This document shows, in pieces, positions 11,488 through 25,803 of a stretch of 64,000 bases of DNA; the stretch's first letter is position 1; the number at the start of each line of letters is the position of its first letter. The notes below the pieces were generated by a model, which saw only the letters and a program-made list of their open reading frames with translations, was not told the origin of the DNA and did not search any database. The stretch lies in NCBI GenBank assembly GCA_964016885.1, contig OZ024754.1, positions 27,776,001 through 27,840,000 of the forward strand, in the 5' to 3' direction. A program made the position numbers and the translations under genes. Origin of the DNA: Eledone cirrhosa. Its lineage: Eukaryota.

Positions 11488-11786
11488 CCTTATAACAATA
11501 TATTTTGGGTCCGAATTTTTTGGGGCTCAAGCCGGGTGCTTTACGTAGCATTTGTACTATTATTATTATTATTGAATGCCATGGTTGACGGAGGCTCGGC
11601 TCTGTAAGGTATAGTAATTTTTAACCGTTAAAACAATTGTAAATTGTTTAAAACTTGAACCAAATTGTTGATAAAGACACCCTCCTCCTCGTGAGAGGGG
11701 TCTTTCTGTCCGTTATTTGGCCCTTCGGGGTTAAATAACCAGTTATTGGGGTTTTGTACCCAAAATTTCATTTTAAACAAAAAAAC

Positions 11787-13886
11787 ATGGCTACCAAAAA
11801 AAAAAAATTTCATACGTCACTCCCACTCATTCCGTCTTCTTCTTCCTCAATCATCACTACAGGAGAGAGAAGATTGTCTCTCTCCCTCCCTTCTTTAAAT
11901 GTGTCTCTCTCCCTACCTTCTCTTTCGCAAGCGACGAAAGAAAAGAAAAGTCTCGTGCAAAGCGTGCAAGGTTTCTCCACGACGACGACGACAGCGACGA
12001 AACAGGTGTGCGGGAAATACGAAAACCCAGTTCATTCGTCTGACGTCAGGAATAATAGCAGTAGCAGCCGTAATAACAACAGCAACAGTGACAATGAAAA
12101 CAACAGTAGCAGCCGCAACAGCATCACCAGCAGCATAAACAACAACAGCATTAGCAGCAGCAACACCAACAACAACCACAGCAACAGCGGCGGAGGCAGT
12201 AGTCGTAGTACCTGCAGCAACAACAAAAGTACCAGCAGCTCTGACGACAACAACAACAGCAGAGAAAAACCAATCTCATTTGCAGGTATTGCGAAAAACC
12301 TGGAAACAATCCTCATAACAAATGAGGAATTAGAGGAAGCGAAGAAGATGGTGACAAAGAACGGACACCGAGCAATCTGCAAGGCAGCGAAAAAATTTTT
12401 CGAAACCCAAGAGCACTGTACGGTCACGTACCGTACAGTAAGTACAAAATCCCGTAGGGTGGAAAGAGCCACAGAGGCCCAAATACAAAAAGCCTTGGGG
12501 TCTGTGTGGCAGAGGAAAACGCACATCACCCGAGGCAAAAAATACGCCACCGTAGACGTACTTTTTGCCACACCCCAGGAGGCAAAGGCCCAATCAGTAG
12601 TGACCCTAAGGAGCGAGGAAATGGTGTTGGTGCCCTCCTACTGCGGGCAAAAAATTGTGAGGGTCAAACTGACCCACGTCCCCCCCGGAATGACCCCTTC
12701 TTGGCTGGCCGCGTCTGTCCTCGTCGGAATCGAGGACAAAACAACTGTACTGCAAGTACAGAAAAAAGTAAGAGAAGATTGGGTCGGCTCCTCCATTGAG
12801 ATGCTAATCCAAACCAACCAGGAGTGCATCGAAGCTATCCCGGATGTGATAGACTTCGATAACGGCACTCAACTGCCCATAAGTGTTGAGGGCAAACGCC
12901 CGAAATGCTTTCGCTGTGGATCGAAGACTCACCTCAGGGCCTTCTGCAACGAGAAGACCCTGAGAAAGGAGAAAACCCCCCTCCTCCCGAATCCGGTTCC
13001 ACGGCTACCAGCAACAGGACAAGCGGCAACCAGGAACGATAGGTCCGTGGCACCCATACCCACTCCACGGAAATCAAAGACAGCAGCAGCAGTGGAAATA
13101 TTAACAACAACAACAGCAATACCAAATGCAGCTGCAACAGAGACTCCAGTGCAAACATCACCAACAACAACAAGTGAAAGAGTGGAGCTGGTACCCCTCC
13201 CCGACCTTACAGAATCAGACATGGAGTGTGAGGTGGGAGAGGGATGGCAAAAGGTCTCAAGAAGGCACAAACGCAGAAGCAGCGCATCGTCGCCTTTGAA
13301 AAGGGAGGAAAGAAATGAGAAAAGGGTAAAGTCTACTGCAAAGAGACCCACAGCAGCAACACCACCAACACCATCACCACCCACACCAGCACCACCATCA
13401 CCACCGGCGACAACCCCACCGCCAACAACACCTTCAACACCACCACCACAAGCACCAACATCGCAAACACAACAACAAAACACACACACCCAGCAACAAC
13501 GACAAGAAAATAGCAGAACCACACCCCACCCCCAGAAAAACAAATGCACGGCAATAAACACACACAACAAGAAACTAATGACTTACATAATTGAACACAC
13601 AGACATTTCACAACAGGACTACATAATACCAGCACCAATCAAAACGCCAACTAACATAAGACTGCTAAAAATAGCACAGAAACAATACACAAACATTAAA
13701 ACGAAATTCCCCAACGCAGTTGGTGATTTCAGGGACCTAGGAGGAACCATTAATCGAAGAGTATATTCAGACATTCTCTTAGAAGAGCCGACGACCAGCC
13801 GAAGGGACGATTCAACGGTCCCTTCACCAGACGATCAAGTGAAAAGGGATGTAAAAACCATCCCTCCTCTACCAAAAATACGGTAA
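11787..13886 (+). CDS. Tx1-type ORF1 (gag-like nucleic-acid-binding protein)
   Basis: ATG at 11787 (aaacATGg), S/N-rich N-terminus, central folded region, CCHC zinc knuckle CFRCGSKTHLRAFC, P/T-rich linker. Lies 35 nt upstream of ORF2. Confidence 0.88.
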   Translation: MATKKKKFHTSLPLIPSSSSSIITTGERRLSLSLPSLNVSLSLPSLSQATKEKKSLVQSVQGFSTTTTTATKQVCGKYENPVHSSDVRNNSSSSRNNNSNSDNENNSSSRNSITSSINNNSISSSNTNNNHSNSGGGSSRSTCSNNKSTSSSDDNNNSREKPISFAGIAKNLETILITNEELEEAKKMVTKNGHRAICKAAKKFFETQEHCTVTYRTVSTKSRRVERATEAQIQKALGSVWQRKTHITRGKKYATVDVLFATPQEAKAQSVVTLRSEEMVLVPSYCGQKIVRVKLTHVPPGMTPSWLAASVLVGIEDKTTVLQVQKKVREDWVGSSIEMLIQTNQECIEAIPDVIDFDNGTQLPISVEGKRPKCFRCGSKTHLRAFCNEKTLRKEKTPLLPNPVPRLPATGQAATRNDRSVAPIPTPRKSKTAAAVEILTTTTAIPNAAATETPVQTSPTTTSERVELVPLPDLTESDMECEVGEGWQKVSRRHKRRSSASSPLKREERNEKRVKSTAKRPTAATPPTPSPPTPAPPSPPATTPPPTTPSTPPPQAPTSQTQQQNTHTQQQRQENSRTTPHPQKNKCTAINTHNKKLMTYIIEHTDISQQDYIIPAPIKTPTNIRLLKIAQKQYTNIKTKFPNAVGDFRDLGGTINRRVYSDILLEEPTTSRRDDSTVPSPDDQVKRDVKTIPPLPKIR

Positions 13887-13921
13887 GTGGTCTTTCCCAT
13901 CTTTTCCACTCTATTTTAAAC

Positions 13922-16900
13922 ATGACCTCACTCAGAATAGGCAGCATAAATGCGCGTGGCTTGGGGTCGTCATGGAAGCAGGGTCACCTGCTCAACGACC
14001 TCAGGTCACTAAACATAGATGTAGTGGCCATCAGCGAGACCAGAATCTCCGAAGCACGGGCCTTCGCACCGATCTTCGGCGGCTACGATGTGTACGCATC
14101 TCCCAGCCGTCCTGGATCGGGTGGAGGAGTTGCTGTGCTTTTTCGGAGAGGTTTGGATCTCGCCATACGGGCCATCTTCCTGGACCCAGAGGGTAAGCTG
14201 GTGGTGCTGGACGTGACCAGCGGAGACGGGCAAGCTTTCAGGCTAGTGGCCGTCTATGCCCCGACAGGAGCAGGGCGGCCTGATTTCTTCCGGCGTCTGG
14301 AGACCTTTCTTGGAACGTCGCGCTCTTTAGTGTTAGTGGGCGACTGGAACGGGATCTTAGATGCACGCTGGGACTGTGTGGGATTAGCGGATAGGAGTGG
14401 AGGGTGCAAGAGCCTCACCAACCTGCTCAAGCGTTTTGAACTGTCTGACAGGTACCGATTGGATTTCCCGAATGTGCCCATGTGGACTTGGACAAACCGC
14501 ATAGGGTCATCCAGATCATATCTAGATAGAGTATTTTGTAGGGAAATAGATAGGTCTAGCATAGGCTGTCCACAATTCAAGATAGTCAGCTACACGGACC
14601 ACAAATTCGTGACCTGTGTGCTTGACTTAGATAGGCTTCATAGACGAGGACCCGGCTACTGGAAGCTAAACGCGTCCTTACCAGCGCGCAAGGCCTACAG
14701 AGACCGGATTAGCGAACTAGTTAAGCGGGCGTTGACGGGGGCCATCGTCAACAACAAGTGGTGGTTTGCTCTGAAAAGAGCGATTAGAATAGAATCGATT
14801 AGGTTTAGTAAGGCTTTAGCAATAGAGAAAAATAGAGCAGAGGGAGAACTAGTTAGAAAATTAGACGAGGCGCTTAGCAAAGGCATTGCGACCGACGTGC
14901 TTGCGGCGAAATTGGCCCTTGACCAATTCTTCAATGCAAAGCACGAAGGCTGCGTTGTCAGAGCTAGGGTGCGTGCTCTCAGACACGAGGGGACGAAAGC
15001 CGTTCAATGGGCCCGAGTGGCGGAGGCGCGTCGTGGCAACAAAGCCACGATCGGGTCTTTGGTGGACCACGACGGGCGCATGCTACTCGATCCCGGGCAA
15101 ATGTGTGAAGCTTTTCAGCGACACTTCGCTCAGCTGTTCGGGGGCAGCGGGGGGCCGGGTAGAGGGATGGACTTTAGTGTCTACCTCGACGGACTGCCGC
15201 GGCTCTCGGCCACTGAGGCGAAGTGTTGCGAAAAGCCGATAACAGCCGCTGAAGTACGGGAGGCAATGACTGGCTGCACAAGGGGTAAATCGCCTGGTTT
15301 GGATGGTCTGCCCTATGAACTTTACGTACAGATGCCAGACTTGTTCGGAGGCCTCTTGGCGGACGTCTACTGCAACTGGCAACAGAACGGGAGAATTCCC
15401 AGTTCTGTGAGCCGAGGAGCGGTGGCACTGCTGAGAAAGGATCCGAACAAGGGGGATAACATAGACAATTTCCGGCCCATAACTCTGCTAAACACAGAGT
15501 TTAAGATTTTGGCCAAGGTGCTAGCAAAGAGGTTGGCGCTTGTCGTTGGTGGTCTGGTGGGAGAGGCGCAGACATGCGCCATTCCCGACAGATCCATCCA
15601 CGACAACCTCCACCTCATGCGATACATCGTAGAGAGGGTAGCTAGGGAACCTGGCACGGGTGGGTCCTTGATCAATTTAGATCAGTCGAAAGCTTTCGAT
15701 AGGGTCGACCATCGTTACCTAGCGGCAGTCCTGAGGGCGGCTGGCTTTGGGCCCGTCTTCAGAGGCTGGATCGCTGCCATGCACAGCGACATCTGCTCTG
15801 TGGTGAGAGTGAACGGTCACCTGTCGGAACCGTTCAACATCATGCGCTCGGTCCGCCAAGGATGTCCCCTCTCGTCCCTCTTGTACGTATTGACTCTCGA
15901 GCCATTACTGCACAAACTGGAGACGTTGAGGGGAGTCCCGCGCGAACTAGGATGCGGAAGATCCGTGTCAGCATATGCGGACGATGTCACCGTAGTGGTG
16001 TCGAACGCCAAACACATCGAGGCGATCGGCACTACACTAAGAGAATACGAAGCGGTGACAGGAGCAATGATCAACCAGGAAAAGTCAGTGGGCCTGCAGC
16101 TCGGCACCTGGAGAGGCAGGTCCATGCCGTCCAACAGCGTCGTCGGGCGCTGGACGGACGGACCGGTTAAATTGCTAGGGGTCTGGTTCGGTCCGGACCT
16201 CCAGACGGACAAAAACTGGGACGAGGTGACGAGCAGGGTGGCTTCTCTCACCCAGAAATGGGCGGAGAGGAAGCTATCCCTGAAAGGTCGAGCGGAGGTG
16301 GCTAACGCGTACATCGCGTCTGTCATCTGCTACCGCCTAACCGTCGTACCTTGTCCTAAGCCTCGCCTGACTGCGCTGGAGCGTTTGCTCTTTCGCTTTT
16401 TGTGGAAGGGACGTGCTCCGATGGTCAGGCGGTCCATCTGTTGTCAACACCCGCTACGTGGAGGGCTGGGCATGCCGTGGCTGATGATGCGCAGGCACGC
16501 GCTCAGGCTACGACATCTCCACCTCTTCCTCGACGGTGATCAGGTGTGGTCGCCGTTTGCTAGACGCGTTTTTCCCCAGCTCGTTTCCTTGACGGAGCTG
16601 CAGTCCTGGGTCAAGCGAAGACCGAGAGGGAGCGCCTGGAGACTGGAATGTCTTCAGGCGCTCACAGCCCTCGACCAATCGGGCAATGTGATCGGTGGAA
16701 ACTCCACCTCGGCGTTCTATAGAGGATTAGTGGAGGGGAAGAGCGACGACGTACTTGGGGAAACTCTAGGCGTCGACGAAAATCAACTAGCCAATCTCTT
16801 CGGAAGAACTTTCGGGCCAGGGCCTATGGACAACTTCCAGAAATCTCTGGCCTGGCAGTGCTACCGAGGAGCCTTGCCAGTTCGGGATAAACTCTACAGG

Positions 16901-17341
16901 CATGGAGGTGCCGTCAGCCGGGCATGTCCGAGATGTGCGCAGGGCGACGAAACCGTCCTGCACGCACTCGTCCAGTGTCCGAAAATTGCTGACTTGTGGG
17001 TTTATGTCGAACACCTGCTGTCGCGTTTAGGACGGATCCAGCTATCATCTGAGTCTATCGTGAGGATTGCCCCGCCCTCCTCCTTTAGCCGGGAAGGGCA
17101 GGCAGTTTTTATCTGTCTGGTGGCCATGGCGAAAGAGATAGTATGGTGGACACGTTTGAAAGGGCTGAAGACGAGCACTTACCTCTTCGGTGATGCTCTG
17201 ATTGACTTTTTCAAATTTCATTTGAAAAGGAAAATCAGAGTAGAGAAGGAAGTGCTCTCTTCCCAGCATTTTGTTGAAAGATGGGTGAGAGAAGCAAGAA
17301 TGGCCCGAGTGAATGGGCCGACTCTGAGTATATATCTGTAA
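13922..17341 (+). CDS. Intact Tx1-type ORF2: APE endonuclease + reverse transcriptase + C-terminal CCHC
   Basis: APE motifs SINARGL, ISET, VYAP, GDWN, SYLDRVF, TDH. GPGYWKLN. RT motifs KSPGLDG, FRPITLLN, LDQSKAFDRV, VRQGCPLS, AYADD. C-terminal CPRC...ETVLHALVQC. Confidence 0.96.
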   Translation: MTSLRIGSINARGLGSSWKQGHLLNDLRSLNIDVVAISETRISEARAFAPIFGGYDVYASPSRPGSGGGVAVLFRRGLDLAIRAIFLDPEGKLVVLDVTSGDGQAFRLVAVYAPTGAGRPDFFRRLETFLGTSRSLVLVGDWNGILDARWDCVGLADRSGGCKSLTNLLKRFELSDRYRLDFPNVPMWTWTNRIGSSRSYLDRVFCREIDRSSIGCPQFKIVSYTDHKFVTCVLDLDRLHRRGPGYWKLNASLPARKAYRDRISELVKRALTGAIVNNKWWFALKRAIRIESIRFSKALAIEKNRAEGELVRKLDEALSKGIATDVLAAKLALDQFFNAKHEGCVVRARVRALRHEGTKAVQWARVAEARRGNKATIGSLVDHDGRMLLDPGQMCEAFQRHFAQLFGGSGGPGRGMDFSVYLDGLPRLSATEAKCCEKPITAAEVREAMTGCTRGKSPGLDGLPYELYVQMPDLFGGLLADVYCNWQQNGRIPSSVSRGAVALLRKDPNKGDNIDNFRPITLLNTEFKILAKVLAKRLALVVGGLVGEAQTCAIPDRSIHDNLHLMRYIVERVAREPGTGGSLINLDQSKAFDRVDHRYLAAVLRAAGFGPVFRGWIAAMHSDICSVVRVNGHLSEPFNIMRSVRQGCPLSSLLYVLTLEPLLHKLETLRGVPRELGCGRSVSAYADDVTVVVSNAKHIEAIGTTLREYEAVTGAMINQEKSVGLQLGTWRGRSMPSNSVVGRWTDGPVKLLGVWFGPDLQTDKNWDEVTSRVASLTQKWAERKLSLKGRAEVANAYIASVICYRLTVVPCPKPRLTALERLLFRFLWKGRAPMVRRSICCQHPLRGGLGMPWLMMRRHALRLRHLHLFLDGDQVWSPFARRVFPQLVSLTELQSWVKRRPRGSAWRLECLQALTALDQSGNVIGGNSTSAFYRGLVEGKSDDVLGETLGVDENQLANLFGRTFGPGPMDNFQKSLAWQCYRGALPVRDKLYRHGGAVSRACPRCAQGDETVLHALVQCPKIADLWVYVEHLLSRLGRIQLSSESIVRIAPPSSFSREGQAVFICLVAMAKEIVWWTRLKGLKTSTYLFGDALIDFFKFHLKRKIRVEKEVLSSQHFVERWVREARMARVNGPTLSIYL

Positions 17342-17569
17342 ACTAAAGGTGGAAAACTGGGAGAGGGCACTTGCCTTGGTGGTCAGGGTCATTGTGGCTT
17401 TTTACTGGGCTTTCTCCACAAATGTCCCTCCGAAGTCTCCCCCCTATTGGGGAATTTTTCATTGTTATTTTCATTGTTATTTTTGTTACATCCTCTGTTT
17501 TTGTTTTTTTTTTACACGCAGAAATGCCCATTTGTACTGTCCTGCATTGTCCTGCACTGTCCTTAATGT

Positions 17570-20500
17570 CTATTATCCTCTCCTTCAGTACAATTCTGAG
17601 CATTGGCTCCTTACTATCAGTCACGTATTTGTGTAGGTTGTTTTTCTCCATCTGCACACTGTTCTCTATGCTGATAAGACCTCTTCCACCTTCAGATCTC
17701 CTTTAGTAGAGTCTATCGACATCACTCCTCTTGTGGAACATGTTGTAGATAGTCAATAGCTTCCTAGTTTTCCTATCCATTTCTTTTTGTTCAGCAACAT
17801 TCCATCTCAGAATTCCCGCACTGTACCTAATAATAGACACAGCTCGGGAATTTACTGCACTTATGGCATTCCTACTGTTCAGGTGTGACTTTAATACGCT
17901 CCTTACTCTCCGAATGTATTCAGATCTTATCAATTCCTTCATTTTTTTGTTCTTGATGTCATCAGCCTCCAGAACACCCAAATACTTGTATCCTTCTTCA
18001 GTGTCAATTTCTTTTATCATCTCACCTGTTGGTACCTGGATTCCGCTGCTTCTTCATCACAAGGACTCCACACTTACTAATACCAAATTGCATACATATA
18101 TCATTGCTGAAAATACGGACAGTGTCAACAAGCACATCCAACTCCTTCTCACTCTTCCCGAAGAGCTTAAGATCGTCCATGAAGAGGGGGTGATTGATAG
18201 TAAGCTCTCCCTTTGCCAACTTGTATCCTGCTCTCACTTTTCGCAGTATAATGGTCAGGGGCATCAGGGCAAGAACAAACAAGAGAGGGGACAGACTATC
18301 TCCTTGGAAGATACCTCTCTTGATCTTCACGCCTCCCAAGGATTCTCCAGCTGATGTTAACTCTGTTTTCCAGGACTTCATACTTTTGCCCAACAACTGT
18401 CTGATGTTATCTGCCACCTTGAAGATCTCTAGGCTTTTGGTGATCCAAGAATGAGGCACCATGTCAAATGCCTTTTTGTAGTCTATCCATCCCATGACAA
18501 GACCAGTGTGTCTCCTCTTGCAATTCCTTATCAATAAGTAACTGGTCCTTTGTACCACGGGACTTCTTTCGGCATACTTTCTGTTCGTCCGGTAACACGT
18601 TGTTTGTATGAAGCTGATGGTAGATTTCCTCAGACATAATTCTTGTCAACAGTTTCCACATTACGGACAGACATGTGATAGGTCTATAGTTGGTAACATC
18701 ATTACCCTTGATTCGGTCTTTCATTACCAGAACTGTGGTACCTTTTGTCAACCATTCTGGTACCTCACCTGACATCAAGCAGTCATTGAACATGGTTGTC
18801 AGTTTCGGGTGGAGGGATGTTATATTTTTAATCCAATACCCCTGCACACCATCTGGGCCTGGTGATTTCCAGTTGGTTAGTTTTTTTACCTGCCCCTTAA
18901 GAGTTTCAACTGTGATACTCAAATCAGTTTGTTGGTGTGCTTCTTCACTAATCTCCTTTTGTACTGTCTTAATCCACACTGCCTGGTCATTATGTTTAAC
19001 ATCCTGCTCCCATATTCCTCTCCAGAATGTCTTAGTTTGTTCCGCCTCAGGGATCAAGTCGTTGCCTCTTTCTTTCCCTTCAAGCTGTCCAAACAGCATC
19101 TTCTGGTTGTTGTCAAACATGCGGTTCTGTCTATACTGACTGACTCTGCTCTCGTATCGCCTAATTTTTGCACTCTTTGCTACAATGCGTTGCTTCAGTT
19201 CCTCTATGATAATATTTAGCTTTTTCCTCCTAGTTTTGTACTTTATTTCCATTCTATTTTTACTGTCTATGTTTTTTAGTGTCCCATTCAGTAGGGATTC
19301 AAGCTTTCCAATGTCATTTCTCATTTCCCTGATTTGACCATTCACTCGTTTCTTCCACCAAGGTTCTGATCTTTCTTGTTTGTTGTTTCCTCTCGCTTTT
19401 ATGCCAAGTAATTTCCTCACCGCATTTGCTGTTGCTTTGAGGATATTGTTGCACTGGTGAAGGCTCCTCGCCTCAAGGTATGGGATGACTTTGTTTACCT
19501 TAGCTGTTGTTTCTTTTACATTTTTCCTGTCTACAAATCTTAGGTTCATAGGTTTCCCACTATCATTGTTCAATTCATCTACCACTAAGTTTAGGATATC
19601 AACCAAATCTTGTCCTAGCCCGTCAGCATTCATCTCCTCAATGACCGTATCTTTGTTCCAGGTATTATTTATTTCAGCATTCAGATCATTGTCTGCTTCG
19701 GGTGGTTCCTCCGTTCTCTCAACCTCTTCACCTTCATTTCCCACTGGCTCGTTTGCCTGGCATACTCCGCTCTCCATTTCCAACCTAATCTCTCTGCTCA
19801 GTTCCTCCAGTTCCAGCTCGCTTATCCACCCATTAGTTATTATTACCCGAGCCTGCCCGACCAATTTTTGTTCATCTAATTTAAATAGACCAATCTCGTT
19901 CCAGATGTTATGCATCCGTTTCCTATAGCCTTTCTCCTTGGGGTTACTCTTCAGGTAACATTGCATAACAGTTCTATTCAATTCTTTCGTCCAGTTGATT
20001 CTGGTCCCTTTCCTTCTTCTTCTTCCGACACCAGCAGTATTTGGTTGACAGCCAGGTCCCTGCTGCTGAGCCAGGTAGCACCTGCTGGGTGAGAGTCTGT
20101 CACATGACATTCCAGTCTCCACTTCACCGTTATTCGAACTGTTTAGGTTCGACATTTAAACACTCTTATCGAGGATTGGTAAATGTATGGTTACATAACC
20201 ACCGGTGATTTCATCCCCTCCGGTGATTTTAGTGTGGCACTATCACGCTGTAGACGAACATAAATAAACAAACAAATAGGTAAAAAAAAAAAAAAAAAGA
20301 ATAGGCATAAGTTTCATTGTAATGTAATGTTTGAATGTCTGACTTAGTTATTTTTTTCCTCCTTCTATGTCTGTCTGTTTCTTTTTCTTTTCATTTTTCT
20401 TTTCTTTACGTTTTTCGTTGTTGCTGTGCTGTTTTGATTTTGATTTTTGTTTTTTTGATATCTTGACCGGGTCATCAAATCAGTCTATTTATATCTTTGG

Positions 20501-21068
20501 ATGCTTTCCTCTTTTAGTGGGGGTACTACGATGCATGTCTTAGCAGGAGGTAGTGGGAGAGAATAACGGCGGTAGCGATAATGAGGCAGTGGTGGTGGTG
20601 GTGCTGTGCTAGTAGTACTTAGCAGGAGGTAGTGGGAGAGAATAGCGGCGGTAGCGATAATGAGGCAGTGGTGGTGGTGATGTGATCGTAGTACTGTAGT
20701 GATGATGGTGTTGAAGTTGAAGTAGAAATAGAAGTTGAGGTAACTTGACTAGAGTTTTTGGCGTGGTAGTGGTGATAGTGGCGGTGGTGGTGTTGGTGGT
20801 GAAATTATTTAGCCATTTTGCCATTTTCCTCTTTTTCGACTATAACATTTCTGATCCAAAATTAAATATTAAATATTGGGGCCCTATGCGGTAAAGTGAT
20901 GCGTTGTGGCTTGCTGAGCGTAAAAAACTACAAATAATAAACTACAAATTCTTATACATCATTTGTAATAAGAATTATTCTATCACAGTTGTTTTAAATA
21001 AGTAAAAATCAAAAACTTACGAGAGCGATTCCATAACGATATATATCCACCATGTACGTTGTCTTCCC
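17570..21068 (-). mobile_element. Dong-like copy A3 (diverged subfamily; frameshifted; 3' part lost)
   Basis: ORF pieces 20155-18464, 18558-18022 and 18020-17703 match the A1 protein. 5' end GGGAAGA at 21068. The C-terminal ~0.9 kb is absent at the T1 junction. Confidence 0.92.
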
Positions 21069-25135
<4,067 letters not shown>

Positions 25136-25399
25136 CTTTTTGTTGTTTTTTTTTAAATTGTTATTATCATGAGTGGCTCCTTAATGTGAGCATTGCGTGG
25201 CTTAAGAATGAAATTATTAATAATTGTCTCCACTCCAGGAACAAGGCCAGCAATCACCCAATGCATTACAATAATATAATATACTTTTTGCTGAAGTTGC
25301 CTGTTATTGTTGTTGGCTATGTCGGAGGTGGTGATGGGGCTTTTTATATTGTTGGTGAGGAAGGGGTGAGCCAGCAGTCCCATAGTTGTTGATTTTGAC

Positions 25400-25800
25400 G
25401 TTTGGCCGGTGGCCAGGTCACTAAGTCAATCTATTTATATCTTTTGCTAGCCTCTCCCTTGTCTAGTGATACCGCCACCTTCCCCTTTCTCTCTCAAGTT
25501 AACAGGGGAATAGTGGTGGTAGCAATGAAGGAGTGGTGGCGGCGGTGATGGGATAGTGGTAGCAATGATGGATGGAGTGGTGGCGGCGGTGGCGTTGTCG
25601 TTACTGAGTTTTGTGATATGTAGTATATATGAGTTTGTGTCGTGTATGTTTAATATATATTGTGTTGACATAGTCCCGTAAAATTGGAATTAAACATTTT
25701 GTTAAAACTTGAGACAATAATAATAGTAATTATTATTATGATGCTGGGATTGGTGGTGGTGGTGGTGAAATTGCCGTTATCTGGCTGTTATATTTAGTGT
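25400..25800 (-). mobile_element. Mosaic of segments homologous to the family A 5' UTR
   Basis: gtca..tcaatctatttatatctttt matches A3 ~20470-20500. gtggtggcggcggtgatgggatagtggt matches A1 ~6345-6373. cgttatctggctgtt..tttagtgt matches A5 ~28920-28945. Confidence 0.65.
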
Positions 25801-25803
25801 GAT

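Larger units (their letters stand above)
6807..11559 (-). mobile_element. Dong-like copy A2 (intact ORF; ~95 nt missing at 5' end; 5' UTR duplication)
   Basis: Near-identical to A1. Its tail (6775-6806) abuts the A1 5' end, and homology to A1 stops at tttgtacta (11559). Confidence 0.93.
11574..17572 (+). mobile_element. Tx1-clade (L1 group) non-LTR retrotransposon, copy T1
   Basis: Begins immediately after (ATT)5. Contains ORF1, ORF2 and a 3' UTR whose last ~45 nt (present in T2) are missing. Confidence 0.9.

Noticed and set aside
2244-11559. A1/A2 as an assembly duplication or LTR pair
   Set aside because: Scattered substitutions and different 5' structures; no LTR, integrase or PBS features.
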